Positions 29,647 through 38,143 of a stretch of DNA of 64,000 nt are shown piece after piece (within the stretch, counting starts at the first letter, position 1; every line of letters starts with the position of its first letter). The position numbers and the translations under genes were made by a program. Source of the stretch: Bacteroidota bacterium (GTDB lineage: Bacteria; Bacteroidota; Bacteroidia; B-17B0; Aurantibacillaceae); assembly GCA_043772435.1 (NCBI GenBank), contig JAYVGH010000036.1:19375-83374 (forward strand), in the 5' to 3' direction. The notes beneath the pieces are model-generated. The model saw only the letters and a program-made list of their open reading frames with translations. It was not told the origin of the DNA and searched no databases.

Positions 29647-31127
29647 TAAAATTGGAAATAAATAAATTCTTGTTTACTGTGAAAAGCTCCAAAAACAAAA
29701 AAAAGAAGAATAAGAAACTCATAAAATCCCCATTTTAAAACCCTAGGTTTATTATCCATATAATTAATAAATTTTGTTTTGTACTCTATTTTATTAATGT
29801 AAAATAAAATGCCTAATGAAAGTCCAAGGAGTAAAAAATCTATGAAATATTGATGAATATCCTTTTTAAATATTAAAGGTTCTAGCCACAAATATCCTTT
29901 TTGTGTTAGATGGTATAAATAAGATGGAATTCCAAATATGTAAGCTTTTGCTATAAACATTGCCTTTGAAATATTATCAGCCCTAAAGAATATCCAAGCA
30001 AAGCAAACTAAATAAAAAACCACGCCACGCTTAACTAATGTTGGTAGAAGTTTTTGACTTTTATGATAAAATTGTAACGGGAAATTTTTATTCGCAATTA
30101 TTTCAATTATTGTATATACACCGTGTATTATACCCCATACAATAAATGACCAACTAGCACCATGCCAAAACCCGCTTAATAAAAAAACTATAAATAGATT
30201 AAAAAACAATCGTAATTGCGGCACCCTATTGCCACCTAAAGGTATGTTAACATAATCTTTAAACCAAGTAGAAAGCGACATGTGCCATCTTGACCAAAAG
30301 TCACTAATACTAATGGCTCTATAAGGAGCTTTAAAATTTTGCATTAATTCTATACCCATAATTCTTGATGCACCTAATGCAATATCTGAATAACCCGAAA
30401 AATCACAATAAATTTGAAGGGCGAAAAAAATGGTAGCTATAAAAATAGTTATAGGTTCAAAATTTTCCGGGTTATCATATACCTGGTTTACATAGGGTGC
30501 AAGGTTATCCGCTATTACAACTTTTTTAAAAAACCCTAATAGCATTTGTTTTAATCCATTGCTAAATAAATATGGATTAAATTTATGTTTAGTATGAAAC
30601 TGTAGCAACAAATTTTGAGGTCTTTCAATTGGACCGGCTACCAATTGCGGATAGTACATTACATACAATGAATATATCCCAAAATGCTTTTCTGCTTTTT
30701 GATTTCCACGATATACTTCAATGGTGTAACTCATTGCTTGAAAAGTATGAAAAGAAAGCCCAATGGGTAAAATGATTTTTAGTAAATCTAAACTATAATT
30801 CCAGTTTAAAAAGTGAAATGCAGTATTAATATTATCTATAAAAAAATTAAAATATTTAAAAAATGCGAGGATACCGATATTGGAAATTAAACTTATAACA
30901 AGTATGTATTTTCGTCTCTTTCCTGCAAACTTCTCAATATAAATTCCAGCAAAATAGTCAATTATAATTGTGGCAAATAATATTAAAATATAAATTGGAA
31001 CAAAAAACATATAAAAAGTACAACTGGCTATTAATAACATTAGCCAGCGTAACTTATGGGGAAGCAAAAAGTATAACCCTGTTACTACAACAAAAAATAT
31101 AACAAACGAAAAGGAGTTAAATAACAT
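29646..31127 (-). CDS. MBOAT O-acyltransferase (AlgI/DltB family)
   Basis: LPIGLSFHTFQ, PQLVAGPIER, YCDFSGYSD, FWSRWHMSLSTW, SGFWHGA. Confidence 0.93.
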   Translation of the reverse strand: MLFNSFSFVIFFVVVTGLYFLLPHKLRWLMLLIASCTFYMFFVPIYILILFATIIIDYFAGIYIEKFAGKRRKYILVISLISNIGILAFFKYFNFFIDNINTAFHFLNWNYSLDLLKIILPIGLSFHTFQAMSYTIEVYRGNQKAEKHFGIYSLYVMYYPQLVAGPIERPQNLLLQFHTKHKFNPYLFSNGLKQMLLGFFKKVVIADNLAPYVNQVYDNPENFEPITIFIATIFFALQIYCDFSGYSDIALGASRIMGIELMQNFKAPYRAISISDFWSRWHMSLSTWFKDYVNIPLGGNRVPQLRLFFNLFIVFLLSGFWHGASWSFIVWGIIHGVYTIIEIIANKNFPLQFYHKSQKLLPTLVKRGVVFYLVCFAWIFFRADNISKAMFIAKAYIFGIPSYLYHLTQKGYLWLEPLIFKKDIHQYFIDFLLLGLSLGILFYINKIEYKTKFINYMDNKPRVLKWGFYEFLILLFFVFGAFHSKQEFIYFQF

Positions 31128-31130
31128 GTA

Positions 31131-32102
31131 TTAAAATTTGTTGGTATCTCTCCAATCAATTAATTTTTTTAAACCAGATGTAAGATCATACTCATACTTA
31201 AAGCCCAATTCCTTCTCAGCCTTAACCACACTGCCTATTCTATTTTGCACTAACGATCGAGCATCGTCGGCACTATAAGGTTTATATGTAACTTTTAAAT
31301 CAGATTTTTTTAATTCTAAAATTAAGTCACACAATTCTTTTATGGATGTTTGTACTTGTGTACCTACATTGTAAAATCCATAATCTATATTACTTTTTAA
31401 GGCATCTACATTACAGCGTGCAACATCCTCCACATAAATAAAATCATATGCTTGGCTACCATCTCCGTTTATAATCGGCGCTTCGTTAGCGTCAATTTTA
31501 TTTAACATAATTGGAACAACGCCTGTATATGCAGCGGTTTGGTCTTGATGAGGACCGTATACATTCATGTAACGCAAACCAATTACATTTAAGCCATAAC
31601 GATCGTTAAAAGCGGTTGCCATAGCTTCGCCGGCTATTTTAGTAGCGCCATAAAAATTTTTGTTATTAAATGGATGTTCTTCTGTCATGGGTAATTGAAC
31701 AGCATCGCCATACACTGACGCGGACGAAGACCAAATTAATTTTTTAATATTATTATTTACACAGGCTTCTAACACGTTAAAAGTACCGGCAATGTTCACT
31801 TCAAAAGCGGTTCTTGGAAAATCTTTACAATGCAACAACCACATAGCCGATAAACAAATTACATAATCCATGCCTTTCATGGCAGTATTTAAAATATCTA
31901 TTTCACGTATATCTCCACCTATCGGAAAAATACTACAGCGTTTGTCTTTAAGCGATTCTGATAGATATTCTTTTTTACCGCGAGCGAAATTATCATACAC
32001 TATTACTTCGCCCACATTTTCTTTTAATAATTCAGCAACAACAAAACTTCCAATAAATCCGGCGCCGCCAATTACTAATATTTTAGAGCCCATAATTTTC
32101 AT
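31131..32102 (-). CDS. NAD-dependent epimerase/dehydratase (WbmF/G/H-like SDR)
   Basis: IGGAGFIGS, SSSASVYG, FYGATK, LRYMNVYGP. Confidence 0.85.
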   Translation of the reverse strand: MKIMGSKILVIGGAGFIGSFVVAELLKENVGEVIVYDNFARGKKEYLSESLKDKRCSIFPIGGDIREIDILNTAMKGMDYVICLSAMWLLHCKDFPRTAFEVNIAGTFNVLEACVNNNIKKLIWSSSASVYGDAVQLPMTEEHPFNNKNFYGATKIAGEAMATAFNDRYGLNVIGLRYMNVYGPHQDQTAAYTGVVPIMLNKIDANEAPIINGDGSQAYDFIYVEDVARCNVDALKSNIDYGFYNVGTQVQTSIKELCDLILELKKSDLKVTYKPYSADDARSLVQNRIGSVVKAEKELGFKYEYDLTSGLKKLIDWRDTNKF

Positions 32103-32116
32103 TACTTTTTATTTTT

Positions 32117-33409
32117 TTAAATTGTTGTAATTTCTACATTTTTTATTTTCATGTAGGCATTCCCATGCTTTTCATTCCATTTATAATTATGCGATCCATC
32201 CTCAGAATCAGCTGTCACTTCAAATTCAGCAATTTTTTCAATAAGATCAATAGCTTCTCCGGTATAATGCATAAACGCTGGAGAAATATGATATTTACCA
32301 GGCAAAAAACTATCGTGTAATTTAATAACGAGTTGGTGTTTGCCTTTTGGTAAAGATATAGTTTTAGTGCTACTTTCGGGATATTCAATATATGAGATTT
32401 TTTGCATATCATCGTTTAGTACTGAAAAAGAAAAAATAAGATCCTTCACGTCTTCAATCAATTCAAAATTCATTATAATATTGATGGTCTCTCTAAAAAA
32501 AAACTTTCTACTAATTTCATTTGCTTTATTAATTGTAGAAATGAAATCAATAAATCCTTTACCATTGTTATATAATCGTTTATAATTTCTAGGAATCTCT
32601 CCAGTTATTAAGGTTTGATCGTCTCTGGAAAAATACTGGTTTATAACTTCATTAGTTTTTCCATTAGCTTTTAATAATCCATTTTCTAAAAATACTGCTC
32701 TAGTGCAAAGTTGTTTTACAGCTCCCATATTATGGCTAACAAATAAAACAGTTCTACCTTGCCCACTTACATCTTTCATTTTGCCTATGCACTTATCCTG
32801 AAATTCCTGATCTCCTACTGCCAACACTTCATCAACTATCAAAATATCCGGTTCAAGATGTGCGGCAACTGCAAATGCAAGTCTAACGTACATACCAGAT
32901 GAATATCTTTTTACAGGGGTATCAATATAGCGTTCTACACCACTAAAAGCAATTATTTCATCAAACTTTTGCTGTATTTCTTTTTTTTTCATTCCAAGTA
33001 TAGCTCCGTTTAAAAAGATGTTATCTCGCCCTGAAAGTTCAGGGTGAAATCCAGTACCAACTTCTAATAAACTGGTAACTTTTCCTTTTATTTTATACTC
33101 ACCAATAGTGGGGCTTGTTGTGCGCGAAAGTATTTTAAGTAGGGTTGATTTTCCTGCCCCATTTCTACCAATTATTCCAAGAACTTCGCCCTTTTCAACC
33201 TTTATATTTATATCATTTAAAGCCCACACATAATTACTTGAAGCTTTTAAAGTACGGTCGTTTTCTTCTCCAATTTTTAAATAAGGGTCTTCTTTTCCTC
33301 TAATTTGGTACCACCATCTGTTTAAATCTTCGCCTACCGAACGAGAACTTAATTGACCTAGCCTGTATTGTTTACCTAAATTATTTATTTCTATTACTGT
33401 TTCGGGCAT
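32117..33409 (-). CDS. wzt: Glycan ABC exporter ATPase with C-terminal Wzt_C-like domain
   Basis: GRNGAGKST, YSSGMYVRLAF, ILIVDE, plus a beta-rich C-terminal extension. Confidence 0.92.
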   Translation of the reverse strand: MPETVIEINNLGKQYRLGQLSSRSVGEDLNRWWYQIRGKEDPYLKIGEENDRTLKASSNYVWALNDINIKVEKGEVLGIIGRNGAGKSTLLKILSRTTSPTIGEYKIKGKVTSLLEVGTGFHPELSGRDNIFLNGAILGMKKKEIQQKFDEIIAFSGVERYIDTPVKRYSSGMYVRLAFAVAAHLEPDILIVDEVLAVGDQEFQDKCIGKMKDVSGQGRTVLFVSHNMGAVKQLCTRAVFLENGLLKANGKTNEVINQYFSRDDQTLITGEIPRNYKRLYNNGKGFIDFISTINKANEISRKFFFRETINIIMNFELIEDVKDLIFSFSVLNDDMQKISYIEYPESSTKTISLPKGKHQLVIKLHDSFLPGKYHISPAFMHYTGEAIDLIEKIAEFEVTADSEDGSHNYKWNEKHGNAYMKIKNVEITTI

Positions 33410-33410
33410 A

Positions 33411-34265
33411 TTATACTGTATCCATAAATGTTTTTTCTGTTTTATTAAAAACTATAACAGAAATAAAAAAAGTTATTAGTATAACACCAAAGCCTATAAA
33501 TAAATAATGCCAAGAGAATAAACCATGACCTGTTAAAGCAAATTTTATAGCCTCTAAACAAATTAAAATTGGATTATACATCAATATATGTTTTACTTTA
33601 TCAGGATATATTGTAATTGGAAAAACTACACAACTAATGTACATTATAAATTGCACCCCAAAACCTAATACAAAGGTTAAATCTCTATATTTAGTAGTAA
33701 AAGAAGAAAAAATAATACCTATACTTAAACCCAATATTCCTAAAAAAATAACGATTAAGGGAATAATCAACATGTATATGGGCTGAGGAGTTACATTTTC
33801 TGAGGTTGTAACATAATAAAAATAAACACATAGAAATAGAATAATTTGTAAAATTAATTTAAAGAGGTTTGAAATTATAATTGATATAGGCATGACCAAG
33901 CGTGGAAAATAAACTTTACCAAAAATTGATGCGTTTGCAATAAACGTATTTGAAGTTTTGTTTAAACAATCTGCAAAATAGTTCCAAAAAGTTTGACCCA
34001 TAAGATAAAACAGTATTGGTGGTATGCCATCGGTACTAATTTTAGCGCTTTTACTAAACGTAAATGTATATATAGCTGTGGTAAACAATGGTTGTAATAA
34101 CATCCATAAAGGTCCTAAAACAGTTTGTTTATATAGTGATGTAATATCTCTTTTTACCATTATCATCACTAAATCTCTATATTCCCATACTTCTCTAATA
34201 TTAAAAGTAAAAATAGAAGTCTTAGGTTTTACAATTATATCCCATTTTTCGTCAGTATCTCCCAT
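33411..34265 (-). CDS. wzm: Glycan ABC exporter permease
   Basis: YKQTVLGPLW, KVYFPRL, KYRDL, YNP; six hydrophobic segments. Confidence 0.92.
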   Translation of the reverse strand: MGDTDEKWDIIVKPKTSIFTFNIREVWEYRDLVMIMVKRDITSLYKQTVLGPLWMLLQPLFTTAIYTFTFSKSAKISTDGIPPILFYLMGQTFWNYFADCLNKTSNTFIANASIFGKVYFPRLVMPISIIISNLFKLILQIILFLCVYFYYVTTSENVTPQPIYMLIIPLIVIFLGILGLSIGIIFSSFTTKYRDLTFVLGFGVQFIMYISCVVFPITIYPDKVKHILMYNPILICLEAIKFALTGHGLFSWHYLFIGFGVILITFFISVIVFNKTEKTFMDTV

Positions 34266-34275
34266 TAGTTTTTAT

Positions 34276-34773
34276 TTATTTTATTTCTATAATTTCTGCT
34301 GGTACCTTAACTTTTAGAGAAAAGCCAATACTTATAATACAAATAAAAAAAGTATCCTCATTATTGCCTCTTTCAACAATACCCATTAATCCCTTAAAGG
34401 GTCCGTGTTTAATAATAACCTCGTCACCAATACTTACTATTTTATTAATGTCAGTTTCTGTATAATATCCTTTTTTCTCAATTAATTTTAATATCCTTAT
34501 TTCATTTTCTGAAATAATTGCATCTATTCCATTAAACCTCACATACTGCACTACACCCTTAATTCTAAATACTAAATCTCGTTGTAATTCAGTTATATTA
34601 ACAAATACATATCCATTTATTAGTGGAGAAATAACAGTCATTTTTCTATCGCTCCATTGTTTTTTTTCCGTTTTTAAGGGTATATAACTTTCCAATCCTA
34701 ACTGTTGAAGTGCTAAATTTATTTTTTTTTCGGAGCGCGAGGCAACGTATAGAGCTTTCCAATATGTTTGCAT
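34276..34773 (-). CDS. upxY: UpxY-family (NusG paralog) transcription antiterminator
   Basis: WKALYVASRSEKK, KKQWSDRK, PLINGYVFV, KOW GDEVIIKHGPFKG. Likely start is the ATG at 34773 (A-rich -3..-1), not the GTG at 34791. Confidence 0.9.
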   Translation of the reverse strand: MQTYWKALYVASRSEKKINLALQQLGLESYIPLKTEKKQWSDRKMTVISPLINGYVFVNITELQRDLVFRIKGVVQYVRFNGIDAIISENEIRILKLIEKKGYYTETDINKIVSIGDEVIIKHGPFKGLMGIVERGNNEDTFFICIISIGFSLKVKVPAEIIEIK

Positions 34774-34800
34774 TTTACACAGCTTCGCCACCTCAGTCCC
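34774..34800 (-). promoter_or_regulatory. Candidate ops-like pause/UpxY loading element
   Basis: Minus strand GGGACTGAGGTGGCGAAGCTGTGTAAA: the only GC-rich patch in an AT-rich gap. Contains the GCGAAGC mini-hairpin (34782..34788) just upstream of the upxY ATG. Confidence 0.5.
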
Positions 34801-34822
34801 ATATTGGAAATGATAAATGTTT

Positions 34823-34887
34823 AATTATAAATGATTTAAATTTGGAATGGATTTTAATTTGCCATTCAAAATTTAACATTTATAATT
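34823..34887. promoter_or_regulatory. Long inverted repeat in the upxY leader (attenuator/terminator-like)
   Basis: 34823-34833 pairs with 34877-34887 (11 bp). 34836-34850 pairs with 34862-34876 (15 bp, one mismatch). 11-nt loop. Confidence 0.6.
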
Positions 34888-35418
34888 TTATTTGTTCCAA
34901 ATGAGCAATGGATGCACATCAGGTTCTTTAATTTTTTCTAAATCAAATTCACTTTCGTTATAAACAATGAATTTTATTTTTTTGTTTATTTTTTTTTCCG
35001 CCTTAACTATTAATTCAGCTAAATATACCTTATTAATATCTCCAACCAAAACCAAATCAATTATATCTGAATCTAAACCCTTTGCCAATTTACCAATTAA
35101 ATATACTTTTTCTAATTTACCAATACGCTGTAAAATATAATCAATTACATAATCAATGCCCACCATTTTTTTTACAATACTATTAATATCAAAAAATAAG
35201 GGGTGAGAATTATTTGCTTTAAATAATTTTTTATTGCCTTGTAAAAAAGAAGTTAAAAACCCTGCTTTTTCAAAACGATTTAATTCAATACGAATAGAAT
35301 TAGTAGATTCGCCAAACTCATCTTCTAAACTTCGTAAATATGAGGTAGAATTAGAATTTAAAAAAAACTTTAAAAGAATTTTTACACGGGTTTTAGAAGA
35401 TATTAAAGTTTCAATCAT
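34888..35418 (-). CDS. wHTH (ArsR-like) regulator with C-terminal nucleotidyltransferase-like domain
   Basis: LISSKTRVKILLKFF...YLRSLEDEFGESTNSIRIELNRFEKAG HTH; C-terminal VYLIGKLAKGLDSDIIDLVLVG. Confidence 0.75.
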   Translation of the reverse strand: MIETLISSKTRVKILLKFFLNSNSTSYLRSLEDEFGESTNSIRIELNRFEKAGFLTSFLQGNKKLFKANNSHPLFFDINSIVKKMVGIDYVIDYILQRIGKLEKVYLIGKLAKGLDSDIIDLVLVGDINKVYLAELIVKAEKKINKKIKFIVYNESEFDLEKIKEPDVHPLLIWNK

Positions 35419-35422
35419 TTAT

Positions 35423-35461
35423 TGAGTAACAATATTACTCATTATTGTGTAATATGCCAAA
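35423..35461 (-). promoter_or_regulatory. Bacteroidota-type promoter overlapped by palindromic operator
   Basis: Minus strand TTTG (35458-35461), 20-nt spacer, TAATATTG (35430-35437; one mismatch to TAnnTTTG). The -7 box lies inside the inverted repeat TGAGTAA-N5-TTACTCA (35423-35441). Confidence 0.6.
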
Positions 35462-37828
35462 TTATTTTTTATAACCATACCCTTTGCCATACCCATAGCC
35501 ATATCCATATCCATAACTATAGCCATAACCCTGATAATAATAACGTTTACCCATACGGTGTGTTCCGTTTAAAACTAACAACATATTTTTAATGTTATTA
35601 TCTTCAATTACAGACTCAATAAATGTAATTACCTTTTTAGTGCTAGTTTTTGTGTTTAATACAAAAATTGCCGAATCAACATATTGAATTAAATAAATTG
35701 AATCAGATAAAATACCGGCTGGAGGGGTATCAATAATAACAAAATCAAAATTTTGTTTAGCCAAATTTATAATTTCTTTTAATCTTTCCGATAAAACAAA
35801 TTCAGATGGGTTAGGAGGTATAGGCCCGCAAAATAAACAAAATAAATTTGGAATTTGAGTGGGTGTTATTATTTCTTCAAAAGTATTTTGACCACTTATG
35901 CACGTAGTTAAACCAATAGTTTGCACAGGTAAGCCAAAACGTTTATAAATACGTGGTTTGTGTAAATCTAATTCTATTAACAACGTTTTTTTACCGCTAC
36001 GCGCCATTATGGTAGCCAAATTTATACTCGTAAACGTTTTTCCTTCTCCCGGCGAGAAGGAAGTGATCAAATAGGTTTTGGCTTGCTTATCTACATTTGT
36101 GTATTGCAGGTTTGTTCTAAAATTTCTAAAAGATTCTGATATTAAAGAGTTTGGTTTTTGCTCAACAATTATACCATCGTTGCCTCCATCTTTTACATAC
36201 GGAAAAACGCCTACCAAAGGCAAATCCGTTAATTCTTTTAAATGATCGACAGACGTTATTTTTGAAAAGAAAAATGCTCTAAGAATAATTATAACAATTG
36301 AAAGTAATAAACCAAAGGACATAATTTTTTTTTGGATAGCAGCCTTATCCGGCTCTACTACTCCCAAATTACGCGGCGATTCAATCACTTTTATATCCGG
36401 TATTATACTTGCTTTTGCAATTTTTGTATTAGCTCTTTTTTGTAATAAAAAATTATACAAATCTTCATTAACATTGGCTTTACGCTGTATGTTTAAAACA
36501 TCGCGTTGTTTACCGGGAATTAATTTAGCTTCAGATATATATTTATCTATTTCCTTCTCAATATTTTCCATATTTAATACTGTTGCTTTGCGAGTATTAT
36601 TTATGTAAACCAATAAATCCTGTTTTATCTTTTTTATGTTGGATTTTAAATCACCTATTATAGGATTATTTTCTTTTGCAACATTGTATAATTTATTTAA
36701 TTCAATTTGTTTTGAATATAGCTCTATAATTGCTTGCCCCATAAAACCGCCTTTTTCTGTAATAAAAACTCCAGGCGGTAAAAACTGTGGGTCTTTATCT
36801 TCAATAATATATTTTTCTAAATCGGACAAAGAGGCTAACTGTAGTTGTTGAGAAGATTTTTCGTTATCATATCTCGAAATTTTACCTAAAAAATCGCTTT
36901 GCTCCCAGTTTAAATCAATAATGGATTTTTTTTCCTTATAATTTTGCATAGTATCTTCTATGCTTTTTAAGGAATAGCTAATTTCGTCCAATTGCTTGTC
37001 AATGTAAACAATGGTTCGTTCATTTAACTCAAATTTTGTTTTTAAACGATTACTGGAGTAAACTCTGTTAAGTGTGTCTAATATTAATACTGCTCTTTCT
37101 GCAATAACATCTTTTAATCCAAGTTCTAAAATATTAGTATATTCCGGATTATTGATTGTCATTTTAGATTGTATATTACCTATTAAATAACCTTCGCTAT
37201 GAAACGAGAATTGATAAAAAATACTTTTTAAGGCATCAACTGTTTCTATTGAAAAGTTTCCTTCTCGGCTAATATTTATATTAAAGTCTAAGTCAATTAA
37301 ATCTGTATTAAACTTGCCTTTTTTTACTTGCGAAACGCCATTTTGGTCAAACGATATTTCATAATTGTTATAATCAATTATTTTAAAATCAAATACTTGT
37401 TCATATAAATTAGAATTAATTAAGCTTACATTAATTTTAAACGGCATACCACTAAATTGTTCCGTTTTGCGAACTTTGCCTACAATAAAATAGGATACCT
37501 GCAGCTTATCTTTTAATTTATTTACTACTTGACTAGCTAAATCATAAGATTGTAAAACCCTAACTTCGTTTAAGTTATCAACGTACGAGCCATAGCTGTA
37601 AAACCCTTCCTCACTTAATACACTTGCTTGATTATAAGTATCATTTACTTTTAAAAGTAATTGGGTAGATGCTTGATAAACATTTGTTAATCTGTACACA
37701 TAAAAAGTACCAATTGTGTACAAAATTGGTAAAATTATTAACGGCACCCACCAATTTGATTTAACTATTCGCCATAAAAGGTTTAAATCTTTTTGGGATA
37801 TTATAGACTGTTTTTTGGTTTCCGCCAC
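35462..37828 (-). CDS. wzc: Wzc/GumC polysaccharide co-polymerase, BY tyrosine kinase
   Basis: Two TM helices flanking a periplasmic coiled coil, ESFRNFRTNL, Walker A SPGEGKT, LIELDLHKP, IIDTPP, Tyr-rich tail. Confidence 0.9.
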   Translation of the reverse strand: MAETKKQSIISQKDLNLLWRIVKSNWWVPLIILPILYTIGTFYVYRLTNVYQASTQLLLKVNDTYNQASVLSEEGFYSYGSYVDNLNEVRVLQSYDLASQVVNKLKDKLQVSYFIVGKVRKTEQFSGMPFKINVSLINSNLYEQVFDFKIIDYNNYEISFDQNGVSQVKKGKFNTDLIDLDFNINISREGNFSIETVDALKSIFYQFSFHSEGYLIGNIQSKMTINNPEYTNILELGLKDVIAERAVLILDTLNRVYSSNRLKTKFELNERTIVYIDKQLDEISYSLKSIEDTMQNYKEKKSIIDLNWEQSDFLGKISRYDNEKSSQQLQLASLSDLEKYIIEDKDPQFLPPGVFITEKGGFMGQAIIELYSKQIELNKLYNVAKENNPIIGDLKSNIKKIKQDLLVYINNTRKATVLNMENIEKEIDKYISEAKLIPGKQRDVLNIQRKANVNEDLYNFLLQKRANTKIAKASIIPDIKVIESPRNLGVVEPDKAAIQKKIMSFGLLLSIVIIILRAFFFSKITSVDHLKELTDLPLVGVFPYVKDGGNDGIIVEQKPNSLISESFRNFRTNLQYTNVDKQAKTYLITSFSPGEGKTFTSINLATIMARSGKKTLLIELDLHKPRIYKRFGLPVQTIGLTTCISGQNTFEEIITPTQIPNLFCLFCGPIPPNPSEFVLSERLKEIINLAKQNFDFVIIDTPPAGILSDSIYLIQYVDSAIFVLNTKTSTKKVITFIESVIEDNNIKNMLLVLNGTHRMGKRYYYQGYGYSYGYGYGYGYGKGYGYKK
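35465..35542 (-). repeat. Gly-Tyr coding hexamer repeat (Wzc phospho-acceptor tail)
   Basis: Encodes YYYQGYGYSYGYGYGYGYGKGYGYKK; tandem ccata-type units on the + strand. Confidence 0.8.
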
Positions 37829-37845
37829 AAAAAAATATTAGTCAA

Positions 37846-37853
37846 CAAATATA
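37846..37853 (-). promoter_or_regulatory. Candidate -7 box for wzc
   Basis: TATATTTG matches TAnnTTTG, 17 nt upstream of the GTG start; no clear -33 box. Confidence 0.45.
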
Positions 37854-37922
37854 GATGTTTTTATTAAATATTTTTTTATGTAATTTAATATTCTTAAATT
37901 TACAAATCACAAATTAAAAAAA

Positions 37923-38129
37923 ATGAAATCAATTTACATAATCTTATTTCTATTTGTTTCAAATATAATTTTTTCAGCACCACCACCACCACCTGCAGGT
38001 TCGCCAGGCTGTTGGCCACCACCTTGTGTACCTATTGATAATGGTATAATTTTCTTAATAATAGCCGGTATACTTTTTGGGTTTAAAAAAATTTACGATT
38101 TTCGTAAAAAACAACAGGTTATTTCTTAA
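37923..38129 (+). CDS. PID-CTERM protein-sorting-signal microprotein (exosortase substrate)
   Basis: Signal peptide, APPPPPAGSPGCWPPPC, VPIDNG motif, TM helix, basic KKIYDFRKK tail; immediately upstream of an exosortase. Confidence 0.8.
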   Translation: MKSIYIILFLFVSNIIFSAPPPPPAGSPGCWPPPCVPIDNGIIFLIIAGILFGFKKIYDFRKKQQVIS

Positions 38130-38143
38130 TCTATATTTATAAA

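Noticed and set aside
34774-34791. Upstream GTG start for upxY given in the ORF track
   Set aside because: It adds MAKLCK before a typical UpxY N-terminus and runs through the ops-like motif; the ATG at 34773 has better context.
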